DNA of 64,000 nucleotides from Rickettsiales bacterium (GTDB lineage Bacteria; Pseudomonadota; Alphaproteobacteria; Rickettsiales; UBA998), in NCBI GenBank assembly GCA_024304995.1, contig JAMWZD010000001.1:641472-705471 (forward strand). The letters are read 5' to 3'. Of the stretch, positions 1 through 9,469 are shown in pieces. Every line of letters begins with the position of its first letter. The stretch's first letter is position 1. The notes beneath the pieces were generated by a model. That model was not told the DNA's origin. It saw only the letters and a list, made by a program, of their open reading frames with translations, and did not search any database. The position numbers were made by a program, and so were the translations under genes.

Positions 1-174
1 CCGTGCCTATACATGTCATTAACCAAAAAGCGCGTTTGCGCTTTGCTATTATATCCATCACTTAATGTTCATAAAATTTCAAGCGCAATAGTAACCTATA
101 TTAAGAATAAGATAAACAAAAAAAACGCGCCTCGTTTTCCCCAAGACGCGTTCCTAAATAAACGTGCAGACAAA

Positions 175-582
175 TTAATGACTAACCATCGGCTCCATCT
201 TTTTTGCCTGATCAATCCAGCCCTGCACTTTGGATTCGCTGAGCAACCCTTTTGTCAGCTTGCGCTCATCATTGTGCTTTTTCATCGCTTCCGCCAGATT
301 GGCAGCGTTGCGGTTGCGCAGTTCTTTGACCGTGTCCACGCCAGCTGCTTCCAGTAACTCTGAGAATTGCCCGCCAATGCCAGAGATGCGCATCAAATCT
401 GCATGGTTCACCCATGTCAGCAAATGCTTTTCATTTATTCCTGTGCTTTCTGCTGTCGCTTTGCGACCTGCTTTGGTCGCGCATTTCGCCAGAAGCTCTT
501 CTGTGGTTTTAATGCCCGCATCTTTTAGTTTTGCCGCATAAGACTCACCAATGCCTTCCACTTCAATAATATCATAAGCCAT
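175..582 (-). CDS. DUF4332-type helix-hairpin-helix protein
   Basis: ORF 175..657 trimmed to the ATG at 582, which is preceded by AAGGAGAA. Two HhH-like repeats: GIGESYAAKLKDAGIKTTEELL and ISGIGGQFSELLEAAGVDTVKEL. Confidence 0.6.
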   Translation of the reverse strand: MAYDIIEVEGIGESYAAKLKDAGIKTTEELLAKCATKAGRKATAESTGINEKHLLTWVNHADLMRISGIGGQFSELLEAAGVDTVKELRNRNAANLAEAMKKHNDERKLTKGLLSESKVQGWIDQAKKMEPMVSH

Positions 583-604
583 GTTTTTCTCCTTTAGATG
601 TTTT

Positions 605-686
605 GTCATACTGAGCGAAAGCGAAGTATCCATGCCACCGCATACACCCAACCGCAAGATGGACCCTTCGCTTTGCTCAGGATGAC
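605..686. repeat. ~82-bp palindromic MITE-like element, copy 1
   Basis: Arms GTCATACTGAGCGAAAGCGAAGTATCCAT and ATGGACCCTTCGCTTTGCTCAGGATGAC are near-perfect inverted repeats. Related copies lie at 47107 and 60527. Sits between two tandem minus-strand genes. Confidence 0.75.
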
Positions 687-697
687 GGGATTATAAT

Positions 698-1108
698 TTA
701 CGCCGCGTTTTTGCTTAATAACGCAGGTAGAATATCGTTGATCTTTGCACCTGCCAGATCGCCAATATTTTCTTTCAGGTAATTGATCAACAAATCACCG
801 AAAGACGATAGCTGACCTGCATCCAAATCCGTTTTGGACAAAATGCCTGCAATGGCTGCCGCGCCGCCCATAGCACCGCCAGAACCGCCAAGCAGGCTGC
901 TTGCCATGCCCAGCAAACCGCCGCCAGAACTTTCGCCACCAAACTTTGAAATCAAGTCCTCCGCACCAGGGATGGCTGCTGCCACTTCATCAAACTGACC
1001 TTTTTCCAGCTGGTCTTTCAACAATGACATGATGCCACCTGTTGCCGTTTTTGCGTCATCCGCACCAATACCTAATTGTTGAACGGCTAAATCTATAAAT
1101 TGTTGCAT
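698..1108 (-). CDS. DUF2780-like protein
   Basis: ORF trimmed to the ATG at 1108 (MQQFIDLAVQQLGIGADDAKTATGGIMSLLKDQL...). Has the Gly-rich middle and layout I associate with DUF2780. Confidence 0.6.
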   Translation of the reverse strand: MQQFIDLAVQQLGIGADDAKTATGGIMSLLKDQLEKGQFDEVAAAIPGAEDLISKFGGESSGGGLLGMASSLLGGSGGAMGGAAAIAGILSKTDLDAGQLSSFGDLLINYLKENIGDLAGAKINDILPALLSKNAA

Positions 1109-1178
1109 GACGCACTCCTTAATGTAGTTTATAACTTTAGGCGTACCAGAGCGAAGAGAAATTACAAGCAGAAAAATT

Positions 1179-2675
1179 ATGACAGACACATTACTTGACC
1201 CCGAAGGAAAATTATTAATTGGTAAAGGCGAATTGCTGCAAATGCTGGATCTGGGCTATGCGAACCGCCACGGGCTGATTGCAGGCGCAACGGGAACGGG
1301 GAAGACCGTTACGCTGCAAATTCTGGCAGAAGGCTTTTCGCGTCAGGGCGTGCCTGTGTTTGTGTCGGACGTGAAGGGGGATCTGTCTGGCGTGGCAACG
1401 GCTGGAAAAGCGCATCCGAAGGTGGATGATCGGGTGGAGAAAATTGGCATAAACAATTTTGCGTTTGACAACAACCCCGTCATTTTTTGGGATATGTTCG
1501 GCAAACAGGGACATCCCATTCGCGTCACCATTTCAGAAATGGGACCCGTGTTACTTTCTCGCCTGTTAAATCTAAGCGAGTCACAGGAAGGCGTGTTAAT
1601 GATCGCTTTTGCCTACGCCGATGATGAAGGCCTGCCCTTGCTGGACTTTGAAGATTTACGCAGCATCATTCAATATGTTGCAGAAAACCGCAAAGATATT
1701 GGCGCGGAATATGGGTTGGTGTCTACACAATCGGTCGGCGCGATTCAACGAAAATTGCTGGCATTTGAGCAGGAAGGCGGAGATCGCTTTTTCGGTGAAC
1801 CAGCGCTTGATATCACCGAATTTATGCGCACCACACGGGATGATCGTGGATATATCAACATTCTAGCCGCAGATGAGCTGATGCGCTCGCCCACACTTTA
1901 TTCCACCTTCCTGTTATGGATGCTGTCTGAACTGTTTGAAACACTGCCTGAAGTGGGCGACCCGAAGAAGCCGAAGCTGGTGTTCTTTTTTGATGAAGCA
2001 CATTTGCTGTTTGATGATGCACCCAAAGCCTTACTGGACAAAATTGAGCAGGTGTGCCGCCTGATTCGCTCCAAAGGGGTGGGTGTGTATTTCGTGACGC
2101 AAAACCCGCAGGACATCCCGACCGATGTGCTGGGGCAGCTTGGCAACCGTGTGCAACATGCGCTTCGTGCTTTCACCCCGAAAGACCAGAAAGCCGTGCG
2201 CGTTGCAGCGCAGACTTTCCGCGCCAACCCAGCCTTTGATGTGGGAGAAATTATTACGCAACTTGGCGTGGGAGAGGCATTGGTCAGCACCCTGCAGGAT
2301 GGTGGCGCACCGTCAATAGTGGATAACACCCTCATCCGCCCGCCCGCATCCCGCATAGGACCACTAAGCGAAGAAGAACGCGCCGCGATTATTGCAGATA
2401 GTCCGATTGGCACACGATATGACAAGATTATGGACAGAGAATCAGCCTCTGAAATGCTTGCCAAACGCGCTGAAGAAAACATTAAAGCGCAGGAGCAGAA
2501 AGATAATGGTGTCAACACAGTTGGTGACGAACCGTTAGACCGCCCCCGCCGCAAACCAGAAAGCACTGCAATGGAAAAAATCATTGAAAGTAGCCTGAAA
2601 TATGCGGGGCGCTCCATCATGCGCCGCCTCACCACCCGCATTGTGCGCGGTGTGTTAGGCAGCATTTTGCGGTAA
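1179..2675 (+). CDS. HerA-like/DUF853 (YjgR-type) P-loop ATPase
   Basis: 498 aa. Walker A GATGTGKT and Walker B KLVFFFDEAH, followed by VYFVTQNPQDIP, typical of the DUF853 family. Confidence 0.85.
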   Translation: MTDTLLDPEGKLLIGKGELLQMLDLGYANRHGLIAGATGTGKTVTLQILAEGFSRQGVPVFVSDVKGDLSGVATAGKAHPKVDDRVEKIGINNFAFDNNPVIFWDMFGKQGHPIRVTISEMGPVLLSRLLNLSESQEGVLMIAFAYADDEGLPLLDFEDLRSIIQYVAENRKDIGAEYGLVSTQSVGAIQRKLLAFEQEGGDRFFGEPALDITEFMRTTRDDRGYINILAADELMRSPTLYSTFLLWMLSELFETLPEVGDPKKPKLVFFFDEAHLLFDDAPKALLDKIEQVCRLIRSKGVGVYFVTQNPQDIPTDVLGQLGNRVQHALRAFTPKDQKAVRVAAQTFRANPAFDVGEIITQLGVGEALVSTLQDGGAPSIVDNTLIRPPASRIGPLSEEERAAIIADSPIGTRYDKIMDRESASEMLAKRAEENIKAQEQKDNGVNTVGDEPLDRPRRKPESTAMEKIIESSLKYAGRSIMRRLTTRIVRGVLGSILR

Positions 2676-2787
2676 GTCCAAAGCTTCACTTGCGTTTAAA
2701 TGCTGTTTGCGCTACAGAAACTGCTGAATCTGCAATAATCGTTATTGCTTCATTCATGTAGTGTCGTTTTTAGGAGATGTCTCCCTT

Positions 2788-3036
2788 ATGGCTCCAGAAT
2801 ATACCGTGGGTCAGTATGTAAGGATCGGTAACGTTAAAAATACTGATCTTATTGGAAAATTAGCGGAAATTGTTGAAGATAGCTACGCTCAAAGCAGCTC
2901 AAATAACAATATGTATAGCCTTAGCAGCGTACAACGTGTCCGCGTAAAAATAATCGAAGGAAAAAGAAGAGGCAGCCTGATTTCAGTTGAAAAAAGCGAT
3001 ATCTCTCCAATATCCTTAGACGAAATATTTAACTAG
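2788..3036 (+). CDS. hypothetical small protein
   Basis: ATG at 2788, about 10 nt after AGGAGA. Followed by a terminator-like hairpin. No recognisable domain. Confidence 0.4.
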   Translation: MAPEYTVGQYVRIGNVKNTDLIGKLAEIVEDSYAQSSSNNNMYSLSSVQRVRVKIIEGKRRGSLISVEKSDISPISLDEIFN

Positions 3037-3066
3037 CGCTCCCCTTGTGTGAGTGCTTTTTTTTTG
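3035..3066 (+). terminator. rho-independent terminator candidate
   Basis: AGCGCTC / GAGTGCT stem (one G-U pair) followed by a T9 run. Confidence 0.5.
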
Positions 3067-3094
3067 CTAGCGTGCGCAAAAAAGGAAATTGCTT

Positions 3095-3526
3095 ATGTTA
3101 TTTGTCTCTGCGGTGGCGCTCTATAATTCCGAAGGGCAGATTTTGTTGCAACAACGCCCCGAAGGAAAACCAATGGCAGGCTTGTGGGAATTTCCTGGTG
3201 GCAAAGTGGAAGCTGGTGAAACGCCCGAAGCCGCACTGATTCGTGAATTGCGGGAGGAGTTAAATATTGAGGTTGAACCACAAAATTTAGAACCGCTCAG
3301 CTTCGTCACCCACGCTATCAACCCCGCAAGCAACCAGCCAGATGATGCGGATGCGTTTTATACGGATGATGCAAACAATCAGTTATTGCTATTGCTTTAT
3401 CGCTGCCATATCTGGCGCGGGGATATGAAACCACTGGAAGGGCAGCACGTGCAATATTTCACGCAGATGGCTATGCACAGATTGCCCATGCCCCCTGCTG
3501 ACAGACCATTACTTGGGTTTATATAA
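3095..3526 (+). CDS. mutT: NUDIX hydrolase, MutT-like 8-oxo-dGTP diphosphatase
   Basis: Nudix box GLWEFPGGKVEAGETPEAALIRELREELNI. First ATG at 3095. Confidence 0.85.
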   Translation: MLFVSAVALYNSEGQILLQQRPEGKPMAGLWEFPGGKVEAGETPEAALIRELREELNIEVEPQNLEPLSFVTHAINPASNQPDDADAFYTDDANNQLLLLLYRCHIWRGDMKPLEGQHVQYFTQMAMHRLPMPPADRPLLGFI

Positions 3527-3907
3527 TGCATCACCGTAAATGCATCTTTATGAAACAAAACCAGAAAAATCAGTCAGAATTCTCCCTAATTTTTATAAAA
3601 AAAACTCTTTTCAGCAATAAATTGTAAAGAAAACCTGCCAAAACTATACGTTCGTACAGGTGCATATACAGAATATTTATCCTATACTTGAAATATAACC
3701 GCTAGCTTAAACTTTCTTTGATTACTGGACATGTCAAAGAGAATATCATGCAGAAGATACAAGCTTCAAAATTGTATCTTACGCGCATCATGTGGGGAAG
3801 TCAGGTTGTGGGATAGTGATGTTGGTTATGCATATATCCCCTTCCCCCCACACACGGCGAATATCATGGGTAAGAAATTTTCTTGCAGTTAGTTGAAAAA
3901 AGAAAAT

Positions 3908-6013
3908 TTACTCACTCAGCCCCTTCAGCCCCACGCGGACTGTAATGCTGGTATCAGGCTCAAAGTCCCTATCCCTCGTAAACTCTCGTGTCACTTGGGG
4001 GTAAAACGTCACACAGTCATAATTGATAATCGCGCCTGCTCCTGCAATGATCATATCATTATTGAGCAAATCACGCCGTCCGAATGCGCTGAGGGAGAAA
4101 TCGTCTGTGAAGCGCACTGACGCTCCACCTGTGATTTCGTTTCGGTCGCTCAATACCACATCATCCTGAATGCGCAAATGGTCTATGCTGAGTGAACCGC
4201 GCTTGTAATTTGCCAATGCGCGCACTTCGCTTCGGCGGAGTTCTGCATCGTCCGTATCATAACGATAACGATAATCCAGATTGTAAATCCTGTCCTGATA
4301 GCCTACGCGCCCCACCACATCTGAGAAATCGCGTGCAGGTTCATTGCTCAGCGGGAACGGATTGTTGCCGTCAATCTGGAAATTCTGCCCAATCATCCCG
4401 CTGATTTCGCGTCCGTCAGACAGATTCATATGTGCATTGACACCCACCACAGCTCGGCTGCCTTCTTCAATGCGGTCTAAGCCTGCATAACGATTTAAAT
4501 CATACAGATTCAAATCTGAAAATTCAGGCGTCTGGCTGTCTTCATTGCTGATATTTCGGGAGTTATGGCCGCGTGTGCTGGCAATCACCTGCGCCATAGG
4601 CTCCACCACCAAAGACGCGCTGCCCACCTGCGTCATCAACGGGTAGCGCCAGCCAAGTGATGCATGGGGTACAACACGACTTTCCGTGCCGCTAAATTCT
4701 TCTGTGGCGCTCACAGATAAATCACTCTGATTATACACATCCACCCGCGCACCCACTTCACCTTCAAACACATGCCCGCCATCCGTCACATGCGGCACGG
4801 TGTACGCCGCCTGCGTGATTAGGCGGCGCGTATCTGCTCCCAAATCCCGCGTCAGCGACATGGCGTTCATATCTAGTGTCGCTCGCCCGCCGCCTGCTGC
4901 TTTAATCGGGTCACTTTCCAGATGCAGCTTGGCCTGTGGCAGCACAATCGGTTCGCGGTCGGGGTCATCCTGTTCTTCCAGACCCTGAAATGCCAGCCCT
5001 TCCACCACGGCATAATTGCGCCCTTCAATGCGCTCCGTGTAGGCGCGTGAAATGAGCGTATCGAAAAAGCCGAAACGATAGCGCCGTAAATAGGTGTCAT
5101 CCGACGCGCGGTTAATATCAAAGCCCCAGTCCCAATGTTCGCTGAGCTGTTTTTTCCCATCCGCAAAAATATGCCCGCGAAACTCACTTCCTGCAATAAT
5201 GTCGCCTGTGGTTTCATCGCGCTTGTCTGTCACGGTGGCACTGCCTGAAAAATTCATGTAGCCATCATCAAATAGCTGACGATATTCCCCCAGCACCACC
5301 AGCCCTTCTTTGGAGGTCCACCACGGGGTGATAGTGGCATCTTTGTCAGGTGCGATGTTCCAGTAATAAGGCACGCGAATGCTTGCCCCAAGATTGGTGG
5401 ACTGCCCATATTCAGGCATCAGCACCCCGCTTTTTCGGTCTGCATCTGGTGTGGGGTGTGTGAAGTATGGCGTGTAAGCAATCGGCACACCTTCCACTTC
5501 AAACGTGGCATCGCGGTACGTTACGGATTGCTCCTTATCATCAATCGTCACCTTATCAGACTTTATCTGCCATAATGGCGTATCGTCTTCACTACAGATC
5601 TTGCACGGTGAATAAACCGCTTTACTCAGTTGAATTTCTGTTTCCGAAATGCGGCGCGCTTCTGCGGCAGCAAAGGCAGAATTATCTGCCAGTCGTGCGC
5701 GGAACTGTTTTATCACGCCGCGCTTAAACGCATCTTCCAGTTCGACATTATCAGCAAATAATACGTTGCCGTCTGGCTGCATCAGTGAGACATTTCCTGT
5801 TGCTTTCACAACGTCCTGTTGCTGATAATAATATATGGTGTCTGCCAGCAAAATGCGCTCCCCGCGCATGATTTCCACATTCCCTTTGGCGACCACGATT
5901 GCATTATTATTATCATACGCGATCTTATCTGCTTCCATATATACCGCAGGCTCCGCCTGCTGCGCAAACGCAGGCACGGAAAGGGCAAGAAGTGACAGGA
6001 ACAGGGCTTTCAT
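3908..6013 (-). CDS. lptD: LPS-assembly outer membrane protein LptD
   Basis: 701 aa. Signal peptide MKALFLSLLALSVPAFAQQ, OstA-like N-terminus and a long beta-barrel region. Confidence 0.9.
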   Translation of the reverse strand: MKALFLSLLALSVPAFAQQAEPAVYMEADKIAYDNNNAIVVAKGNVEIMRGERILLADTIYYYQQQDVVKATGNVSLMQPDGNVLFADNVELEDAFKRGVIKQFRARLADNSAFAAAEARRISETEIQLSKAVYSPCKICSEDDTPLWQIKSDKVTIDDKEQSVTYRDATFEVEGVPIAYTPYFTHPTPDADRKSGVLMPEYGQSTNLGASIRVPYYWNIAPDKDATITPWWTSKEGLVVLGEYRQLFDDGYMNFSGSATVTDKRDETTGDIIAGSEFRGHIFADGKKQLSEHWDWGFDINRASDDTYLRRYRFGFFDTLISRAYTERIEGRNYAVVEGLAFQGLEEQDDPDREPIVLPQAKLHLESDPIKAAGGGRATLDMNAMSLTRDLGADTRRLITQAAYTVPHVTDGGHVFEGEVGARVDVYNQSDLSVSATEEFSGTESRVVPHASLGWRYPLMTQVGSASLVVEPMAQVIASTRGHNSRNISNEDSQTPEFSDLNLYDLNRYAGLDRIEEGSRAVVGVNAHMNLSDGREISGMIGQNFQIDGNNPFPLSNEPARDFSDVVGRVGYQDRIYNLDYRYRYDTDDAELRRSEVRALANYKRGSLSIDHLRIQDDVVLSDRNEITGGASVRFTDDFSLSAFGRRDLLNNDMIIAGAGAIINYDCVTFYPQVTREFTRDRDFEPDTSITVRVGLKGLSE

Positions 6014-6157
6014 ACTGCATCTGTTGTAAATGCAGTAGGCGGCAAAGGCAAGCCTGTATCAGTGCCGCATCAGCTATTTATTGCGTTTGACAGTTTAATG
6101 TTGTATAATTTTGTTAATCAATTTTATCATACGTATTTTTGATGCGTACTAACTCTC

Positions 6158-6532
6158 ATGAATATATCTGTAATAGATACATTCGGCTATATGATCGGCA
6201 TTATTATAATGCTAACAGGAAATTGCATTCTTAGTGCAAAAGAATATGACTTAAAAATAATAAGAAGATTTCCTGCGTGGTATAAAGACCTGGAAACTTT
6301 TTTGATTGTCTCTGGAGCTATAGCAGTTTTGATTATCTTACTGCAAAACAGATACGGCTTCTGGATTGGAGTATTATTTGGGTTCACTCATTTCATTGCT
6401 GTTTATGCTTTAATGTACATCAAACTTAGACGCATGGGTTACAAAAACTATAATGCTTTATACAACGCCATAGAATACAAAACCCTATACCCTGTTTCTG
6501 AAGAGGAAATAGATGAAGAGTTACACAAGTAA
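6158..6532 (+). CDS. hypothetical small membrane protein (AT-rich orphan)
   Basis: 124 aa with about 3 hydrophobic segments. AT-rich. Followed by a terminator. Confidence 0.5.
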   Translation: MNISVIDTFGYMIGIIIMLTGNCILSAKEYDLKIIRRFPAWYKDLETFLIVSGAIAVLIILLQNRYGFWIGVLFGFTHFIAVYALMYIKLRRMGYKNYNALYNAIEYKTLYPVSEEEIDEELHK

Positions 6533-6546
6533 CACTACCAACATTA

Positions 6547-6576
6547 AAAGTTCGCCATATGCGAACTTTTTTTCTT
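6547..6576 (+). terminator. rho-independent terminator
   Basis: AAAAGTTCGC-atat-GCGAACTTTT followed by a T-run. Confidence 0.65.
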
Positions 6577-6721
6577 TTCCCCACCAAAATCGCTTTACAG
6601 AGTTTTCAATATATAATAATATACAAAGTATCGCACATGCCTATGTCTCTTCGTAGTTATGCAATGACGGAAATTTGTTGTTAACCCTTGGGCGTTGCCC
6701 TATTAACCATAGGTTTGTGTT

Positions 6722-7966
6722 ATGGAAAACTATTCACTGGGCGTGAACGCGCCCGTAGCTTCCCCAACTTCTTTTTCACCTGCGTCTGAGCCTCAGCGCA
6801 ACAATACGTTCGGATTGAGCGATGCGACTATTCGCAAGCTGAACCCTACCGTTCCTGTTGCCGTACTGGAGCCTGCCCTGGTGAGAAAAAACGCAGAAAT
6901 CTTCACTTACAGCTTCCCTGGCACCGTGATGTATGCGGTTAAATGTAACCCTGATAAAGCGTTCCTGCAGGCTATTTATGCTGGCGGCGTGACGCATTTT
7001 GATGTTGCATCGTTAGCAGAAGTCAAACTGATTCGCACATTGCTGCCATTTGCCAGCATTTACTTCATGCACCCGATCAAAGCGCCAGAAGCCATCATTT
7101 CTGCCTATCATGATTATCAGGTGCGTGCTTTCGTGCTGGATCATATGTCAGAGCTGGACAAAATCATCCACACACTGCCAGACGCTACAGACCTTGAGTT
7201 GTTCGTGCGCATTGCCGTGCCAAAAGGCAAAGTGGCGACAGATTTTTCAACCAAATTCGGCGCACATTTCGATGATGCAGTAGAATTGTTGAAAGCCACT
7301 GCGCCACATTGCGCAAAGCTGGGAGTTAGCTTCCATGTTGGCACGCAATGCACAGATGCGGATGTTTATTATAATGCCGTAATCTATGCGAAAAAAGTGA
7401 TTGATGCTGCAGGTGTGGATGTATCTGCAGTGGATGTAGGCGGCGGTTTCCCAGCCATATTAGACCCTGAAAACCCTCCTCCAACCGTGCAGGAATATTC
7501 CATGCAAATCAAACGCGCATCAAAAGCATGTGGGCTTGAAGGCACTCAGCTTCTGTGTGAAGTGGGGCGCGGCATGGTAGCAAGTGGTGGTTCACTGGTC
7601 GTGCGTGTAGAAGGCCGCAAAGGTGACCTGCTATACCTGAACGACGGCACATATGGCGGGTTGTTTGAAGCGGGCGGTTCTATCGGTCTGCCTTATCCTG
7701 TCCGTCTGGTGCGCAAAATTGAATATAATTCAGCAGCACCTGTTAAACCATTCCGCTTTGCAGGCCCAACCTGCGATTCAGTGGATATGATGAAAGGCCC
7801 GTTCATGCTGCCAGATGACGTGGCTGTGGGTGACTGGATTGCCATCAACCAGCTTGGTGCTTATGGCGAAGTGTCTCGCACAAACTTTAACGGCTTTGGC
7901 AAAGTGATCCGCAAAGTGATCCGCGCGGCTCGCAAACGTCCTACCCTGAAACTTATCGCCAGCTAG
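6722..7966 (+). CDS. type III PLP-dependent (Orn/DAP/Arg) decarboxylase, ornithine decarboxylase-like
   Basis: 414 aa. PLP-lysine context YAVKCNPD, plus FHVGTQ and GGGFP motifs. Confidence 0.85.
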   Translation: MENYSLGVNAPVASPTSFSPASEPQRNNTFGLSDATIRKLNPTVPVAVLEPALVRKNAEIFTYSFPGTVMYAVKCNPDKAFLQAIYAGGVTHFDVASLAEVKLIRTLLPFASIYFMHPIKAPEAIISAYHDYQVRAFVLDHMSELDKIIHTLPDATDLELFVRIAVPKGKVATDFSTKFGAHFDDAVELLKATAPHCAKLGVSFHVGTQCTDADVYYNAVIYAKKVIDAAGVDVSAVDVGGGFPAILDPENPPPTVQEYSMQIKRASKACGLEGTQLLCEVGRGMVASGGSLVVRVEGRKGDLLYLNDGTYGGLFEAGGSIGLPYPVRLVRKIEYNSAAPVKPFRFAGPTCDSVDMMKGPFMLPDDVAVGDWIAINQLGAYGEVSRTNFNGFGKVIRKVIRAARKRPTLKLIAS

Positions 7967-7971
7967 CGCCT

Positions 7972-9414
7972 ATGACGCAACTTGCCATCTTCATCATCCT
8001 GTATCTCATAGTATCTGCAGGCATTGGTGTCTATGCTGGGTTGCGCGTTAAGAACGCCTCGGACTTTCTGGTCGCGGGGCGTTCTTTGCCTGCTGGAGTG
8101 ACGATTGCCACCGTCTTTGCGACATGGTTTGGCTCCGAAGCAGTGCTGGGCATTCCCGCCACATTCATGGAAGAAGGGCTGGGAGGCATTATTGCAGACC
8201 CGTTTGGCGCGGGGCTGTGTCTGGTGTTTGTGGGTATATTCTTCGCACGCAGACTATACCGCATGAAATTGCTCACCATTGGTGATTTTTTCCGCCAGCG
8301 TTACGGCGCGAAAGTGGAATTGCTGGTGGCACTTGCCATCTGCATCAGCTATCTGGGCTGGGTGTCTGCACAGGTGATTGCGCTTGGTCTGGTGATTAAT
8401 ATCGTCTCCGCAGGAGCGATTTCTGTGTCACTGGGAATGATTCTCGGCATTAGCGCCGTCATGCTCTATACCATCTTCGGGGGCATGTGGTCTGTTGTGA
8501 TAACGGACATGGTGCAAATGCTGATGATTCTTGTTGGGTTGATGGTCGTTGCATTTCTGGTCGCTGATCGTATGGATGGCGGGGCAGAGGCAATCATCCT
8601 CCATGCTCAGGCACAGCAGAAATTTGTGGTGCTTCCAGAGGTCACCTTTGCATCTGCACTGGCGTTATTTGGCAGCTTTATTACACTGGCATTGGGGTCT
8701 ATTCCGCAGCAGGACGTGTTTCAGCGTGTCATGTCTGCCAAAAATGAAGATGTGGCGATGAAAGCCACCGTCACAGGCGGCGCATTTTATATGCTGTTTT
8801 GCTTTATCCCGATTTTCATCACTTACGGTGCGTTATTGCTGGAACCTGAACTGGCGCAGATGCATTTGGGCGAAGATGGTGATGCGCAACGCATTCTACC
8901 AGAATTTATCCTCAACACCACGCCTCTGCCCGTGCAGGTGATTTTCTTTGGTGCATTACTGTCTGCCATCATGTCCACCGCATCAGGCACATTGCTTGCG
9001 CCATCTGCCATTATTGCAGAAAACATCATCAAACCCGCTTTTAATTTAAGTGACACAGCGTTGCTTGTCGCTTTACGAGTGTGCGTTTTTGTTTTTGGAT
9101 TGGTGGTAACGCTCTATGCATATCTCAGCCACAGTGCAGGCTTAAGCATTTTTGAAATGGTGGAAAATGCGTATCTCGTCACTCTATGTGGGGCATTCGT
9201 GCCGCTGGCATTCGGAGTATATTGGAAACATGCCAACACCAGCGGTGCATTATGGTCTATCGCTTTGGGGGTTGGAAGCTGGGTCTGCATGGAAGTCTGG
9301 CAGATTCGTACTGAAGAAACATTGCTCGTGCCACCGCAAGTGACCGGCTTATGCTTTGCGATTATTGGGATGATGGCAGGAAGTTTTCTCAGCAAAAAAC
9401 AAACAATTCGATAA
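7972..9414 (+). CDS. sodium:solute symporter family transporter
   Basis: 480 aa, polytopic. N-terminal VAGRSLP motif typical of the SSF family. Confidence 0.85.
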   Translation: MTQLAIFIILYLIVSAGIGVYAGLRVKNASDFLVAGRSLPAGVTIATVFATWFGSEAVLGIPATFMEEGLGGIIADPFGAGLCLVFVGIFFARRLYRMKLLTIGDFFRQRYGAKVELLVALAICISYLGWVSAQVIALGLVINIVSAGAISVSLGMILGISAVMLYTIFGGMWSVVITDMVQMLMILVGLMVVAFLVADRMDGGAEAIILHAQAQQKFVVLPEVTFASALALFGSFITLALGSIPQQDVFQRVMSAKNEDVAMKATVTGGAFYMLFCFIPIFITYGALLLEPELAQMHLGEDGDAQRILPEFILNTTPLPVQVIFFGALLSAIMSTASGTLLAPSAIIAENIIKPAFNLSDTALLVALRVCVFVFGLVVTLYAYLSHSAGLSIFEMVENAYLVTLCGAFVPLAFGVYWKHANTSGALWSIALGVGSWVCMEVWQIRTEETLLVPPQVTGLCFAIIGMMAGSFLSKKQTIR

Positions 9415-9469
9415 AAATTACATTGCTCGTCGCTTGTCATTTATTGGTGAGCGGCGTATAAGCAATATT

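Noticed and set aside
1898-2689. 263-aa minus-strand ORF antisense to the DUF853 ATPase gene
   Set aside because: It lies entirely inside a well-supported + strand gene. The sequence is Arg/Ser/Ala-rich and low-complexity, typical of an antisense frame, and it has no RBS or domain.
3526-3627. 33-codon ORF (MHHRKCIFMKQNQ...) whose ATG overlaps the mutT stop (TAATG)
   Set aside because: The only support is the stop-start overlap. There is no RBS, no recognisable peptide features, and the sequence is AT-rich and low-complexity. The rest of the 380-bp mutT-lptD convergent spacer showed nothing I could support.
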